In this document: piece after piece, positions 23,961 through 38,162 of the stretch | How positions within the stretch are numbered: the first letter of the stretch is position 1 | Layout: each line of letters opens with the position of its first letter | Origin: Blasia pusilla | Taxonomy: Eukaryota | NCBI GenBank assembly: GCA_050084515.1 | Contig: CM114271.1 | Coordinates: 28,644,001-28,708,000, forward strand | Reading direction: 5' to 3' | Length of the DNA stretch: 64,000 bases | Notes under the pieces: generated by a model | Databases searched by the model: none | Told to the model about the DNA's origin: nothing | The model's input: only the letters and a program-made list of their open reading frames with translations | Made by a program: the position numbers and the translations under genes

Positions 23961-25220
23961 TGATACTGGATGGGTGTCACATTGCGGAGCGTACAAGGTA
24001 TACTGCCGAGGAAGGCGGTGGGACTCGAGACAGGTTACATGGGACCGTTATGGTGTACCTAGTGGGGGCCAAGGCTCTCGAATTCGCCAACATTTTCGAT
24101 CCCCGTCTACAATCGGCCAAAGGAGCCACTTGAATCCCAGGACATTCCTTTGGTACCGTCACCGAGGAGAGTTAGGAGTAAATTTGTAGATGACGAGGCT
24201 GAAGAAATCATAGACTAGGTGAAATGTATATTTCCGAGGTTCCTTCGGAGGTAATAAAGGACGAGATTTTTTCAACCCATAATGGTGTTTGTAAAAGTTT
24301 GCTGGAATATGTTTTTGGACTTGTGGATTGTGTTCTTTTAGCTACTCAAAATTACAATTTCGCAACCCGTATGATTCGACTTTTGCTTTTTGCTTTGCTA
24401 CTTTTAACCATTTCCACGCAACTGCCGGATTCGGCAGGTTGACTCGCTTGAGTGATCGGACTCTATCGGTGAGACCAACTTCTGGCGCATTGTGGCGGGC
24501 TTCTTGACTTTTGGCTCGTTCCCCTTCATTCGTCCAACCAGTTGTAGGCTTCTTTTCTTGTCTAAGATGTGCAGGATTCCTACTACATGTCGGATAGCCA
24601 TTTCGGATTCCCAACCCGTTAGATCGTCGTGGGTGCAGGGTGGAAGAAAATCACTTCTAAAAATCTTTCCTTTCTTATGGTGAGCTTTCTTACGGGTTGG
24701 GAGGGGTGCAGCTTCTCGGTTTCTCAACCTAAGGATCTGATTTGTTCACATTTGAGAAAGTTTGTCTTGAGCAGACACCATTCATAACCGACAGAAAGTA
24801 GGTTATAGGGCAATTTAGGGGAGGCCATGATGCAGGCAACAATCCCTGCAAAAAGAGAGGTACCCATCCAGGTGGTCCTCCAACAAAAATACCAAGGGCA
24901 CTGCTTTTTGTTGACCGAGACAGGGAATGTTAAGAAACTTAGGCTCACATGGAGAGTGATGGAAAAATGTTTAGGGTGGTCTTATGATGTCTCCTTTTTT
25001 CTCGCCCCCAGGAAAGAGGAGGTTTTTTAGGGCCAAATGTGGACCAGTAAATACTCTCTTCTTAAGATTTCCTGAATTTCAAAGCAAACAAAAATTTCAA
25101 ATATGTCAAAAAGTTTTGAAGAGAGGAGGCGGATTTGGCCTTTTTTTTTTTAAGAGAGACTCTCCTCTCTTCCTCTCTTCCTCTCCTCTCTTACTCTCTC
25201 TTGTCAGAATACCAGCCCCC
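23961..25220 (+). mobile_element. DNA transposon copy C: terminal about 1.26 kb of the palindrome-bearing element
   Basis: Aligns by eye with 47300-48939 (with an internal difference) and ends in a CT-rich tract plus GAATACCAGCCCCC. Confidence 0.85.
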
Positions 25221-28200
25221 ATCCTCAGCTTGGGAGTGGCTGAGTAGCGTCGTATGAGATCGCGACAGATCACAGCGGTTGCGTTGGTGAGCCCCATGCC
25301 TACCGAGACGGTGGAGGCAGTGGCGGGGGGCGAGACCCGAGGAGATCTACGCACCAGGGGAGATCGGAAGAGACACCCTTGGACTTCTTAGGATGTTTTG
25401 AAGGTACGCAAGGAGATGATAGCCACAGCATCGAGCGTGGTTTTGGGCACTGCACGTGGAGGAGAGTTTGCAGTTGGCTATAGGAGAGCGGCCGAGTGTT
25501 GTTGTTCGAGAGGGTTGCACCATAGCAACCACCGATACCCGCGCCGGAGAGTCCTACCGTAGTCACGATGGAGACTTGGGAGCCAGATATGGGCCCTAAG
25601 TTGACAGGAGGAGAGCGGCGCCGAAAACATCAGTTCCTCAGGAGTTATAGGAGTTGCTTTGCGTTTAGCATGGAGGATTTGGGTACGTTGTAGGGACCGG
25701 GGATCCGCATTGAGTTGTCGAGTGATATGCCGATCTTTGAGCGACCCCTACAGTCTGATGATTTGGAGAGGGCTCTGATTCAGAGTAGGAGCCAGGACTT
25801 GGTCAAAGGAGGACTAGTGGAGATGTCGCATGGGGAGTATGCATCTGCCACTGTCATGCCCGCCAAGAAGGATGTGCATGGCAACTGGATGGATAGGCGG
25901 ATGTGTGGGGATTACCGACCTATCAATCGGCAGACGAAGTCCGATAGGTATGCCATGCCCACCCCTAAGGAGATCTTTGATGCGATTGGTCACGCAAAGG
26001 TCTTCAGTTCATTGGATTTGCGAGCCGAAGACCATCAACTGCCTATCAGATTGGAGGACAGGCAGAAGACGGCATTTTGGGGCATCGATCCTCACGGGAA
26101 GGATTGTTTGTACCAGTGGCGGTTCTTACCATTTGGTTTAAAGAATGCCCCGGCTGAGTTTCAGAGGGTCATGGATAGGATCTTGGCTGGTCTGGATTTT
26201 GCTAGGTGTTATATTGATGACATCGTAGTCTTTAGCGCCACGGTTGAGGAGCATGAGCAACATCTAGAGGAGGTGTTTCGACGATTGCAATTACAAGGGC
26301 TGAAGCTACATCCAGACAAGTGCAAGTTCTTCTACGACCAGATTGAGTACTTGGGTCATACGATATACCCAGGGGGCCTTGGTGTTCAGCAGATGAAGGT
26401 AGAGGCTATCTCACGCATTCCACGCCCTACAGATGGTGGCTTACGCTAGCCGCTCGAACAACGTTGTAGAGGCGAAGTACAGCTCGTATGAGGGTGAGTG
26501 CTTGGCTGCGGTGTGGGCTGTCGCGCATTTCAGGTGTTACTTATTCGGCAACCCCTTTACCATCATCACTGATCATCAACCACTGAAGTGGTTGATGGAG
26601 TCCGACAAGCTTACAGGGAAGCTTGCGAGATGGGCTCTGTTGTTGCAGGAGTATGATTTTTAGGTGGTACATAGACCTGGGATGCTCAACCAGAATGCAG
26701 ATGGGTTGAGTCGTAACCCATGCCCAAGTTAGCGAGATGCGGCTGGAGCTCGATGGCATGGAGAGAGTGATGCGGAGTTGGTGCCAGGATGGCACGCGTC
26801 AGCCTATTTAGGCATGTTGGCTATGGAGAGCCAGAGTGTGGAGACTTCGATGGCGAGGTCTAGTGGAGAGTCCTTGGATCCCGAGGCCAGTGAGGACACG
26901 ACAAGTGGCCCAGATATTCATGATGATGGAGTAGTCTTAGAGTACCTTCATCTTGGCGACCTTGCGAGCACCATGGATGCTAGAGAGCGGATCGGATCCT
27001 ACAAATGGGCGAGCGGTTCCGTTGGGAGGGGACACATGTTTTGAGGGTTTGGGAGGATGGCAGAGTACGCGTAGTGCCGTATCCTTCGCAGAGAGCACGA
27101 CTAGTGCAGCATGCCCACGAGGAGTTGGGTCACTTTGGGGTGAAGCGGACGTATAGCTTGCTCCAAATTCAATATTGGTGGCGAGGCATGCAGACTGACG
27201 TTCATCACTTTGTTGCCAGGTGCATGGTGTGTGATCGGGTCCGAGCATCGTTCAATGCTCCGACTCCACAGTTGCATCCATTACCGATCATGGGCTTAGG
27301 GTATAGATGGAGTTTGGATTTTGCACGACCTTTGCCCTTGACAGAGCGTCACAGTCGTTATGTGTTGGTGATGGTCGAGCACTTCTCGAAGTGGATCGAG
27401 TTGGTTGCATTGCCTGACAAAGCGAGTGAGGGAGTAGCTGATGCCTTCCTTGACAGAGTGTTGAGTCATTATGGCGCACCGGATGAGGTGTTGACAGACC
27501 AGGGTACCGAGTTTTGCGGTGAGTTCCACGCCTTGTGTGATTAGGCATTGATCAACCACCGCACGACTTCGCGAGATCATCCTAAGGCGGATGGATTAGG
27601 GGAGAGAGTTGTGCAGAAGGTGAAGAGGGGTTTACGCAAGTATGGCTTGCAGAGAGGTCACCTAGGAGATTGGGACCTCCAGTTGCCATGGTTGGCGATG
27701 GGATATAGATTCAGCAGGCAGGCATCCTTAGCGTCTTGTTCACCGTACTTGCTACTTTATGGCGAGAGCCGATTTACCTGCGGCCATTCGTCGAGATCTT
27801 TGGTGAGGTGTCTTTGAACCTTGATGACCGGATGTATGGGTGCGAGCATGTTCTCAGTGAGTTATTTCGAGAGTGATGCCCATGGCGTTCGAGAACTTGG
27901 CGATTGCACAACATCGGGATACGTTGAGGTATCGACTATTCGAGGTGGTGGTTATCGACCAACTATCCGGAGGTTTCATCAGGAGATTATGTCTACTTGC
28001 GTGACGGCAACGGCGGCGTTGGATGTGCTGCAGGCGCACTATCCACGAGTGCGTGACATTTTGCCAACGGGTGTTCTCTTCTTTGGAGGGACGCGCGATG
28101 GTATGGTATGGAAGGACCATGTGCGTAATTGTGCGCCATATCACCTTCCTAACATTGATGGTACGGTAGATCCGAGTTTAGCGATAGTTCAAAGGCTTGC

Positions 28201-29292
28201 GTTGTATGTTGTGTGGTTCGCCCGTAGTGCGCCACGATGCTAGTCTGTGATGGGTGTTCGAGAGGATGGCATATGGCATGTTTGGCGCCACCTCTCACTA
28301 GGGTTCCTCAGGGGCGATGGATGTGTCCCAGATGTACATAGAGAAGGTAGTTCTACATTCTGACTTGTGTCTGTGACATGGATGACAAGGAGGCGACTAA
28401 CGATGGGGCCACATGAGCACCCGGCCTTCTTGCTCTTAGCGTCCGAGAGATGTATGTCATGGTAGGTAGGGATAGATGGCTATCTGGAGTTAGAGGGACC
28501 TAACCACCAACTAGGGGGGCGATTGGAGATATTTTGGTACTTCTTGTCTCGTTGTTTGGATGCCATGAGTTAGCATGGGATCATGCGTGTTTGTGTGTGT
28601 GTGTTCGGTGACAGCGATGTATGTTGTGTAGCGATGTGTATGCGCACGACAACTGTCACGTCTTTTAGGATAGATCGGTGAGATCTAATAGAGCGCCTTC
28701 ATAAGTATTGGAGGACATGCCCAGTAGGTCGAGGGTGACCTGTTGAGGCCCTTGGAAACCTGAGATAGCAGGTTTCCCCTTCGCTTCGGCTCATTTGGAG
28801 CCATATTGAGGAACTTACTATTTTAGGTAAGTACCATTTTGAGTATATGGTCGACTTACTATTTTTGGTAAGTGGCCCTTGACCTCCTACATCAGGTCAA
28901 GAGCCAAGGAGGTGACTTGGGAGAATGGGTTACCATGGAGAGAGCTTGGGAGAGGGGAGGGGTATACCTCAAGGAGAGAGAGCTTGAGAGCTCATTCTCT
29001 CTTTGTTGAACCTCTTGGCATGAGGCGGCAGAGCTATGGTACCTTGCCTTATGAGTGTAACCCAAGCCTCTCATTAGGAGAGTGGGTTTGGTTTGACATG
29101 AGAGAGAGTGCACACCTTTTAGAACTATGGTGTGAGATGGTGGAGAGAGAGATTGGATCTTACTTTATTGGAGATATTTTGGTACTTCTTGTCTCGTTGT
29201 TTGGATGCCATGAGTTAGCATGGGATCATGCATGTTTGTGTGTGTCCGGTGACAATGATGTATGTTGTGTAGGGATGTGTATGCGCACGACA
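25221..29292 (+). mobile_element. Ty3/gypsy G2: starts just after the MTase; RT, partial RNase H, integrase, PHD, PPT, 3' LTR
   Basis: RT 25715-26430 (RMCGDYRPIN, LPFGLKNAP, CYIDDIVVFS); integrase 27100-27800; PHD about 28190-28340; PPT AGGGGGGC at 28513-28520. Confidence 0.92.
28654..29292 (+). repeat. LTR (about 640 bp, TGTC...GACA)
   Basis: Begins TGTCACG and ends GCACGACA; homologous to 30930-31571. Confidence 0.85.
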
Positions 29293-29776
29293 GTGGAGTT
29301 CACTCCCATTGGGTCACTTTTTTAAGTAATGCATTACTTAAAAAAGAGCTTGTGCTTTTACCGCATAATCTTTAATAAATCGTCGATAGTATCTGACGTG
29401 TCCCAAGAATCCTCTCAATTCTCGGAGATTGGTGGGTGGTTCCAATGCGACGATAATATCCACCTTAGCCTTGTTGACTTCAATTCCTTGAGCCGACACT
29501 CTGTGTCCCAACAAAATCCCATAGCAATATACGATTTTTCCGGATGGAAGGACAAGTGCACTTCGCGACAACGAGCGAGGGTTAATTCTAATTTCGCCAA
29601 GTGTTCGGCCTCTGTACTGAAGATACAAAAATCGTCCAAGAAAATTTCAACAAACTTCCGCAGATACTCTTGGAAGATGGAGATCATCATTCGTTGGAAG
29701 ATAGCTGGGGCATTGCATAACCCAAAGAGCATCACCCGATACGTGAAAGTTCCCCATTCCGTGGTGAAAGTGGTGA
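29293..29776 (-). mobile_element. Reverse transcriptase fragment of a different gypsy family, inverted
   Basis: TTFTTEWGTFTYRVMLFGLCNAPAIFQRMMISIFQEYLRKFVEIFLDDFCIFS...LRGFLGHVRYYRRFIKDY. Confidence 0.88.
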
Positions 29777-29779
29777 GGG

Positions 29780-31571
29780 GGCGTGTTCCAGGCCTTGTGT
29801 GATCAAGCGCTGATGGACCACCGCACGACTTTGCGAGATGATCCCCAGGCGGATGGATTAGCGGAGAGAGTTGTGCACACTGTGAAGAGGGGTTTACAAA
29901 AGTATGGCTAGAGAGGCCTCCTAGGAGATAGGGACCTCCAATTGCCGTGGTTGGAAATGGGATATATATTCATCAAGAAAGCATCCTTAGCGTCTTTTTC
30001 ACCGTACTTGCTACTTTATGGCCGAGAGCCAGATTTACCTACGGCCATTCGTCGAGATGCTGGTGAGGTGCTGGACTTTGATGACCTAGATGTATGGATG
30101 CGAGCATGTTCTCAGAGGCTGAGTTGTTTCAGAGAGTGATGCCCATGACGTTCTAGAACTTGGCGATTGCGCAGCATCGCGATACGTTGAGGTATGCAAC
30201 TATTCGGGGTGGTGGTTATCGACCAACTATCCAGAGGTTTTATCAGAGAGATTATGTCTACTTGCTACAGACGACACGGACAACGTTGGATGTGACTGCA
30301 AGGCGCACTATCCTGAGAGTGCGTGATATTTTGCCATCCAATGTTCTCTTGCTAGAGGGACGCAATGGTATGGTATGGAAGGACCATGTGCGTAATTGTG
30401 CACCATATCACCTTCCTAACATTGATGGTATAGTAGATCCGAGCTCAATAGTAGTTCATGTAGGCTTGTATTGTATGTTGTGTGGTTTTGCTCGTGGTAC
30501 GGCCATGATGCTAGTCTGTGATGGATGTTCGAGAGGTTGGCATATGGCATGTCTGAGGCCACCTCTCACTAGGGTTCCTCGGGGAAGATGGATGTGTCCC
30601 AGATGTACATTAAGGAGATACTAGGTAGGTTTCGATTCCGACTTGTGTCTGTGACATGGATGATAGGAAGGCGACTAACGATGGGGCCACATGAGCACCC
30701 GACCTTTCTGCTCTTAGTGTCCCAGAGATGTATGTCTTGGTAGGTAGGGATAGATGGCTATCTGGAGTTAAAGGGACCTAATCACCTGCTAGGGGGGCGA
30801 TTGGAGATATTTTGGTACTTCTCGCCTCTATGTATGGATGTCATGAGTTAACATAGGATCGTGTGTGTTTGTGTGTGTGTTCGATGACAGCGATGTATGT
30901 TGTATAGCGATGTGTATGCGCACGACAGATGTCACGACTGTTAGGATAGATTGGTGGGATCTAATAGAGTCTCTGCACGAGTAGTGGAAGACAGGCCCAG
31001 GAGGTCGAGGATGACCTGTTGAGGCCCCGGGAAACCTGAGAGCACAGGTTTCCCTTTGTTTTGGCTCATTTGGAGCCATGTAAAGAAACTTACTATTTCG
31101 GGAAAGTTTCCATATTGGGGTAGTTGACTTTCCACTTTGGGAAGTGGCCCTTGACCCGCAACAGCACGTCAAGAGCCAAGGAGGTGACCTACGAGCATAG
31201 GTTAATGTTGAGAGGGCTTGGGAGAGGGAAGGGGCTATACCTCCAAGAGAGAGAACTTTAGAGCTCATTCTCTCTTTGTTGAACCTCTTGGCATAAGGCG
31301 GCGAAGCTATGGTCCCTTGCCTTGTGAGTGTAACCCAAGCCTCTCATTAGGAGAGTGGGTTTGGTTTGATATGAGAGAGAGAGTGCACACCTTTGAGAGC
31401 TATGGTGTGAGATGGTGTAGAGAGAGATTGGATCTTACTTTACATTTGAGATATTTTGGTACTTCTCGCCTTTGTGTATGGATGCCATGAGTTAGCATGG
31501 GATCGTGTGTGTTTGTGTGTGTGTTCGATGATAGCGATATATGTTGTGGAGCGATGTGTATGCACACGACA
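29780..31571 (+). mobile_element. Ty3/gypsy G3: integrase C-terminal half, intact PHD finger, PPT, 3' LTR (30930-31571)
   Basis: [45 protein letters not shown] (C4HC3) ending at stop 30624; PPT at 30791-30798. Confidence 0.92.
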
Positions 31572-31579
31572 TGGGCGAC

Positions 31580-32275
31580 AAAAGAAGATAGTCGATAGTG
31601 CTAGCACCAATAGGGGAGAGACATTTATTGGAATGAGAGTTGGGAAAACCAGAAGTTCCATTGAGAAAATTCAAATTACAAGTGGTTCCAAATTTTAAAA
31701 TTTTTCTTTCATAGGATCAGTGGAAGGATTTGAAGAGACTCTAGACCATAAACAATCCTTTAGTTCTTCGAGAAGAGGAGAGGTTAAGGAGTCATTTAAT
31801 TGAGCAATATGCATGTGAGCATTGAAATCCCCAACTAGAAAGATTTTGCATTTGCTTTGATATTAGAGAATATGTATAATAAAATGATGAAATGGTCAAC
31901 TCCTACTACAAGTGCACATTGAGTAGATAGGCATGGGAAGTAGTGCAAAATAACGTATTGCTAGATAACAAGAAGATTCCCCAACCAAACCAAAACGTAG
32001 CCAATGATATTGGCCCCCGTATCTTGATCTTACATTTATGTGAGATGTGCAAATCGTGACCTAATGTAAAATTACGATACCGCCATAACCCTTTTTCACC
32101 CATTGCCTTCTTTTATTCCATGTTGATCCCACCAAAATAAAGCCTTACAACTCTTTAATGATATTGTTATCATGTTCTCACGTCTCCACAACGTTGATGA
32201 TGTCCGCCTTCTTCCAAACACGTTGAACACTCATATATTTTGTTACTAAAAGATTTTGTATATTTCACATTAAGA
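31580..32275 (-). mobile_element. LINE apurinic-endonuclease domain fragment, decayed
   Basis: LVGDFNAH at about 31817-31840 on minus; homologous to 55550-55880. Confidence 0.75.
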
Positions 32276-32284
32276 AGAAAAAAA

Positions 32285-32503
32285 TTCTATTAATAAAAAC
32301 AAAGAAAAATAGGTAAAAACCCTAGTTTTCCCGAGTAATCAAATAGTCGGGAGCCGCAGCCGTAGCGCATTCTCGTATGTCGAGTTATCTCCATGTTCAG
32401 GTTCCATCGAAGCTGTTATGTGAGTGCACGGACGGACTAGGCCACTTTGTATCTCTAAGTTTTGTAAAGATTTCAGTGATTTAGTCACTTTCTGTTTTCT
32501 CAC
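32285..32503. repeat. Dispersed repeat of about 200 bp; inverted copy at 54412-54610
   Basis: Long near-identical reverse-complement match (aaaaccctagttttcccgagt...gcacggacggactaggccactttgtatct...ttttctcaca). Confidence 0.85.
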
Positions 32504-33213
32504 ATTAGTTTCCTATTCAATTGAAGTGGGTCCTGCCAAAGTATCTATTTCCATTCGTACAAGAGTATTGTCACATCTCCTTATCGTAGTAATCAAATGA
32601 CCCGTCAATCTATTTGATAGTAAAAAGGCATGCACTAATACCCGAAATAAGTCCCAAACTATAAATAGTCATTGAAGAGAAGGCTTTCCTAACATCGGAG
32701 GTCAGATGGAGTTGCCATCATATGATTAGCACCCACTTCTTAACTTAAAGTCCATATAGAGTTGAGCATCGTAGGTAGGCTATCCAATTGACAATCTCAT
32801 GTTACATAGTAGAGAGTTACAATATCAATCCCACAAAATATGACACGTATTACATCCGACCTTGGAAGTGAAGAACTTGGAACCTCAAAGCTTAGGGAAG
32901 CAAAAGAATGGGGTACAAGGCAAGATATAGAGAGCTAATCGCGCTCAATCAGCCTCAATGGTGTGGAGCAATTGGGTTCAAGTTAATTATAACCAGGGAG
33001 AATCCCTACCATATAAGATAGACATTAAAATTTCATATGTATATCTAGTACTTCATCGAAGATAAAACTAAATCTAAAAAATTAGAAAGAATTTAAAAAG
33101 ATTTAGTACCTTATAATCCATATTGACGAGTTCTTGAAATTCATTCAACTTTTCCTCAATCTATACTTTTACTGAGACATGGGGGATTACTACATGTGGT
33201 AAGAAAAAATGGG

Positions 33214-33370
33214 AATAATTGGCTCGCTGGCTATAAGAAGTGAAGCCCCCATTTAAAATAGTGCCTATATTTTGGCTTAAGAGACCATGAAAAGATTACA
33301 TAGCTTACCTATCACGGGTGAATAGTCAAGAAGGGACGCTTGTTATTTCTTGGCTCGTGCCCTGGTGTGA
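33214..33370. repeat. Dispersed repeat of about 155 bp; direct copy at about 37175-37330
   Basis: Shared tataagaagtgaagcccc...gaaaagattacatagcttac...gggtgaatagtcaa...gtgtgat. Confidence 0.8.
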
Positions 33371-34541
33371 TTGGTAGATCTTATCTGATTTGATTCCTAA
33401 TGTTAATTTTGGGTGGGGGAGGGGTAATCTTCGTCGGCGTCCCTACCTGGATCTAAAAAATGATGTCGTGTTAGAGGGAGCCACTTGGTAACTTTCGAAC
33501 CTAATTCACAACAGATAAATGTAGTGGTAACTCTCGAGGAGGCCGTGGAGGTGGGAGAACTTGAAACTAACTGTGGAGCACTTGCAATTGGAGCTGCTTT
33601 TACAATTAGCAGAGGAGGGCGTGGCTAGAAGGGGACAACGAGGGCGTGGCTAGAACGGAATGACCCAAGAGGACAGGAAGAGAACTATCGAAGGAAATGG
33701 CATTTCTGTTGTTTTTTAATTGATACTGAGCTCCCGAATTTGATTATCATGCTTGTGAGTGTTGGAGATGAATTGCCGTATGGGTCTGGATTCATCCGGC
33801 AATGTCTATTTCTCACTGTTGCTGGGTTCACATAAGCACCAATTCGACAAAGCTAAAATTCAGTGTAGATTTTGAGGGTCCTCAAGATTATAACTGTCCG
33901 GCCTGACTCCACCGACACGGAAGGAAGAAGGAGAAGGAGTTGAAGACGATGAACACTGTGCATGATTTTGAATCAGTAACACCTCTTGGAGGTTGAGGGA
34001 AACTTGCAACCTCTAGGATGGCCTAGGGAATATCACTAGCTCAAAAGTCGACGGTCGTGTTTGTCCAACTTAAGAATAGTTTCAATGCCATCAGCGAATT
34101 TTTTTTTGCATTTAGTTGAACTTAGGCAAGGAAGGGGTTAATTCTGATTTTGGTAGTTAATTTAAGTAAGGTAGGGTCAAATATACAAAAAAAAGTAGAA
34201 CTTGTTGTTGAAAGTCGAAAGGGTAGGGTTAAATCCCCTTTGCCTTGTGTCACTCTCCTCTTGGTGTATGTATGTATGTATGTATGTATGTATAATTTTC
34301 CTAGTGAATATAATATCAATAGAATTATTTTTTCTAACATTATAAATATTCAAAAGTAGACAAGCACCCAACTCTTGGAAGATCTTCCCACCAACATAAG
34401 GCTATTAATCTACTAATCTTAAAACATATGCTCTAAAACTAAGACTAAAGTAAGAAAACAAGATTAATTCCTAGCTTCATCTTCAACTACAAATTTGTTT
34501 AGGGTTGGGATAGAGCTAAAAATTAAGTGTTGGTCCCTATT

Positions 34542-35400
34542 GATGCATGCATCATGGTGAACGGTTAAGATCTTTCAACTTAAGCTCAAAGATGAAGGAA
34601 ACAATGGAAGACCACATTTGTCATTCTCCATTTTTAGTTCCACCTCTAGAAGGTCATTTGGAGAAATGATTTCCCCCCTTCGTTTATCAAGCCCAAGGAC
34701 ATTTCCCGACAAAGTTTTTGTATTCATAGCATTGTGGAAAGAAACAAATGTGAGAATGAGGAGAAGAAAGAGGAGTGGAAGTGTCGATGTGCTTGACATT
34801 TTTTTGTTTTCATCCTCGATCTTGGTCCCAAAATATATTATACCGATGGATTGAGGTCAAAATTTAAGAGCTGGTTCCGAAGGATGCATGCATCACTAAG
34901 AACGGTTCAGATTTTTCAACTTAAGCTCCAAGATTAAGGAAACAATGGAAGACCACATTTGTCATTCTCCATTTTTAATTCAACCTCTGGAAGGGCATTT
35001 GGAGAAATGGTTTTCCCCCTTGGTTTATCAGGCCCAAGGACATTTCCCAAAAAATTTCTGGTATTTATAGCATTTTGGAAGAAAATAAATGTGAGAATAA
35101 GGATAAGGAAGAGGAAGAAGAGGAATGGAAGTGTCGATGCGCTCGACATTTCTTAGTTTTCATCCTTGATCTTTGTCCAAAAATATATGACACCGTTGGA
35201 TTGAGCTCAAACTTTTAAGGTCTGGTCCCATGGGATGCAAGCATCATTGTGAACGGTTCAGATCTTTCAACTTAAGCTCCAAGTCTAAGGAAAAAAATGT
35301 ATACCGCATTTGTTATTCTCCATTTTTAATTCAACCTCTAGAAGGGTATTTGGAGAAATGGTTGTCCCCCTTAGTTTATCAGGCCCAAGGAAATTTCTCA
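34542..35400. repeat. Tandem repeat with a unit of about 345 bp, 2.5 copies
   Basis: Unit start gatgca(t/a)gcatca...aacggtt.agat.tttcaacttaagctc at about 34542, 34882 and 35233. Confidence 0.88.
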
Positions 35401-37448
35401 AATTTTTTTTTGTTATTCGGAAATTCATGAGTTATCTTTGGGAAATTACAAATACTTTTTCTGGATTGAGGGGAATTATGTGGGGACAAAAGTATGTATA
35501 GTTTAAAGTTAAGTTTGGAGGAGTGATAGAAAGAATTACAAGGGGTGTAAGATAATATGAAAAAAGGAAGACCATTGAGCTTAATTGAGCCTAAGTTAGA
35601 CTGTTCAATGGTGAGGATGCATTAGGGCATTGTAGAGGAACGTTTGAGATTATTTTAGCAGTGCGGATAGATCGGATCATGACGGTTGACGGAGTGAAAG
35701 AGTGCACCTGAGAGTGGACTGAGAGTGGACATGGGGACATTGGATACTTCAAGGGTTCTAGGGCTTTGAGAAAGCATGCAGGAAATTCAGTTTCGAGGGA
35801 GGGAGAGCTCGTGCATTGTATCTCTTCCTCAATTTTTCTGCTTTAGCTTTTGATGTCGCAATCTCTCTCTGTATAGAGGCCAAGGTGAAAACATTTGGAA
35901 TAATGGGCATTCCTCAATAAATTGCGCCGCGTATAGTCATCTATAGGGAGGAAAGCAACGTTAGAGGTGTGGAGAAGAGTTGCGTTGCATACTGATATTC
36001 CTGCAGTTGAAGAGGTGCGGAGGTAGGAAGGAAAGCAACATAAGAGGTGTGGAGAAGAGTTGCGCCACGCACCGACATTCCTGTAGCAAAAGAGGTGCGG
36101 AGGAGAAGAAGTGGGTGACTCGAGGATGCAAGAGTGGACGTTGTGGTGGTCAGTTTGAGAAGGTGGCTCTCTCCCTTTCTCTCTTTCTCTCTCTCCACAC
36201 CCTCCAATCCCACAGATTCCACAAGCGCTTCGCCACGGGCGAAAGAGCTTTGATCCTCGAATTCCGATCGTGTCTACGTGGTGAGCCGCTCACATCCTCC
36301 CCTTCACACGCTCCAATTTGTGCAACCTTCCTCCCGACTCATCCACATAATTCTCACCAGCTTCGACCTCTCAGCTCCCACTTTCAAGCAAAGCGTAACA
36401 TCTTGTCTCGCTTGCAAGGGTGCATCCATGCCCAATGATGGAGTGCATGGATATCAGATGAAATCATTATGGTCTTGGAGCGCTAATGTAAGGAGTTTTA
36501 CCATTACTCCGCCTATTCCCTCTATTCTACCTATCTACTATTCTCTAGTAGACAGCCCATTTGCCCCGTTCACACACCAAAGCTTAATTTGCACTTAACA
36601 ACGATCAAATTAGAACATGGTCACGTGGATATTCACGAAGCTTCACTGCGCTTTTCATTTGGTTCTCCTTCGCATCGGATAAATGAGAGGAGTTGAACTT
36701 TTGAAGTAATTGGGTCTCTCCCATGTTGTATGATCTAAATGAGGGGAGGGGCACAAAGACTTCTCCGACACCCTATGCGTATTACTTGGAGTCTTTCGCC
36801 AGTCCTTGCATGTATCATTCGCGCGATACTTGTGATTGCGAATACTTGTTCCGACTACCTCAACAACTTGCTACTACTACTGGGCGTGTGTTGAGGAAGA
36901 CTAGCGTAGAGGCGTGGCATTGCCAGTCCCTTGCACTGGTGTGTCATGAAAGCGAGCTTCCATGGATGGAGGTGATTGTCATGGAAAATTAGACTATTGA
37001 GTTGTTATTATTAAGAAATAATTAGAATCAAGGAATTTCCATGGAGGAATTTTTTCAAGAAAATCTAATGTGGGATGGAATATTGCCTAAGAAGTTAAAA
37101 GAATAATAGAGCACATCTTACCTTTCTTTTAATTTTTTTTGAGAATCTATACTATTAGAGAGAAAAAATTGAAAATAATGGGCTGGGTGGTTATAAGAAG
37201 TGAAGCCCCATTCAAAATAGGGCTTACATGTTGACTCAAGGGACCTGAAAAGATTACATAGCTTACGTGTCATAGGGTGAATAGTCAATAAGGGACGCCT
37301 CTTTTTTCTTGGCTTGTGCCCTTGTGTGATAGGTGTGTGCGTGACTAAACAATCAGACATATTTTGTTATTTAAAAATAATCTATTTTTTTTTCATTGTT
37401 AAATTTCATGTCCGAATTTCATGTCGGTGCATTGAACTCGCATTCTCA

Positions 37449-37578
37449 CTAGTAGTTGTTAAAACACCATTTTATTTTTTGAAATACAATCCTAGGACAT
37501 GGAGTAAAGGGTGCTAGTAGTTGTTAAAACACCATTTTATTTTTTGAAATGAAATCCTAGAACATGGAGTAAAGGGTG
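37449..37578. repeat. 65-bp tandem duplication
   Basis: ctagtagttgttaaaacaccattttattttttgaaat...catggagtaaagggtg twice. Confidence 0.9.
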
Positions 37579-38162
37579 GGATTCTTTGGGGGTTGATTTA
37601 CAACAATTTCAAGGATGAATGAATCTACCTTGTGAAGTTACCAAGTTGGGCTCCCTACCATTGTTAAAGTCCCATCAAAACCAATAACCACCATTCTTAA
37701 GTAATCTAGTCATATATCTAATCATACTAGTTAGGACCCACGAGGGGACCGAACCCAATCCATTCCATGATCCTAAAGCCCCGCCACTTGAATGTCCCCC
37801 TACCCATGCCATGGGATGAATTCTGCCGTGTCACCATGAAACCACTATTAATAGTAGATATATTCTTTCACTCCAATAAAATATTAATGATAACATGAGA
37901 GCGATAAGATTCATTCTCAAATGGAGTAGTCGTAAAAACACTTGGTCGTGTTCCCTACATTCATGGGAGAGGGTCAGGGAGAGGGTTGTTGTCTATGGTG
38001 AAGTTGTATTTTGGCGATACACATAGGCAAAAGCTTTGAAGCAACTATGCAATGAATATAGAATGAGATATCTATGATATCCTACTACTTCCTGGGGACA
38101 GAATCCCATAATCAGGCATGCCCAAGTACTTTGGCTTCTAATCTACAATTAATGTGTTCATG

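Noticed and set aside
35941-36992. Short ORFs between the tandem repeat and LCAT
   Set aside because: No recognisable motifs or splice-consistent structure.
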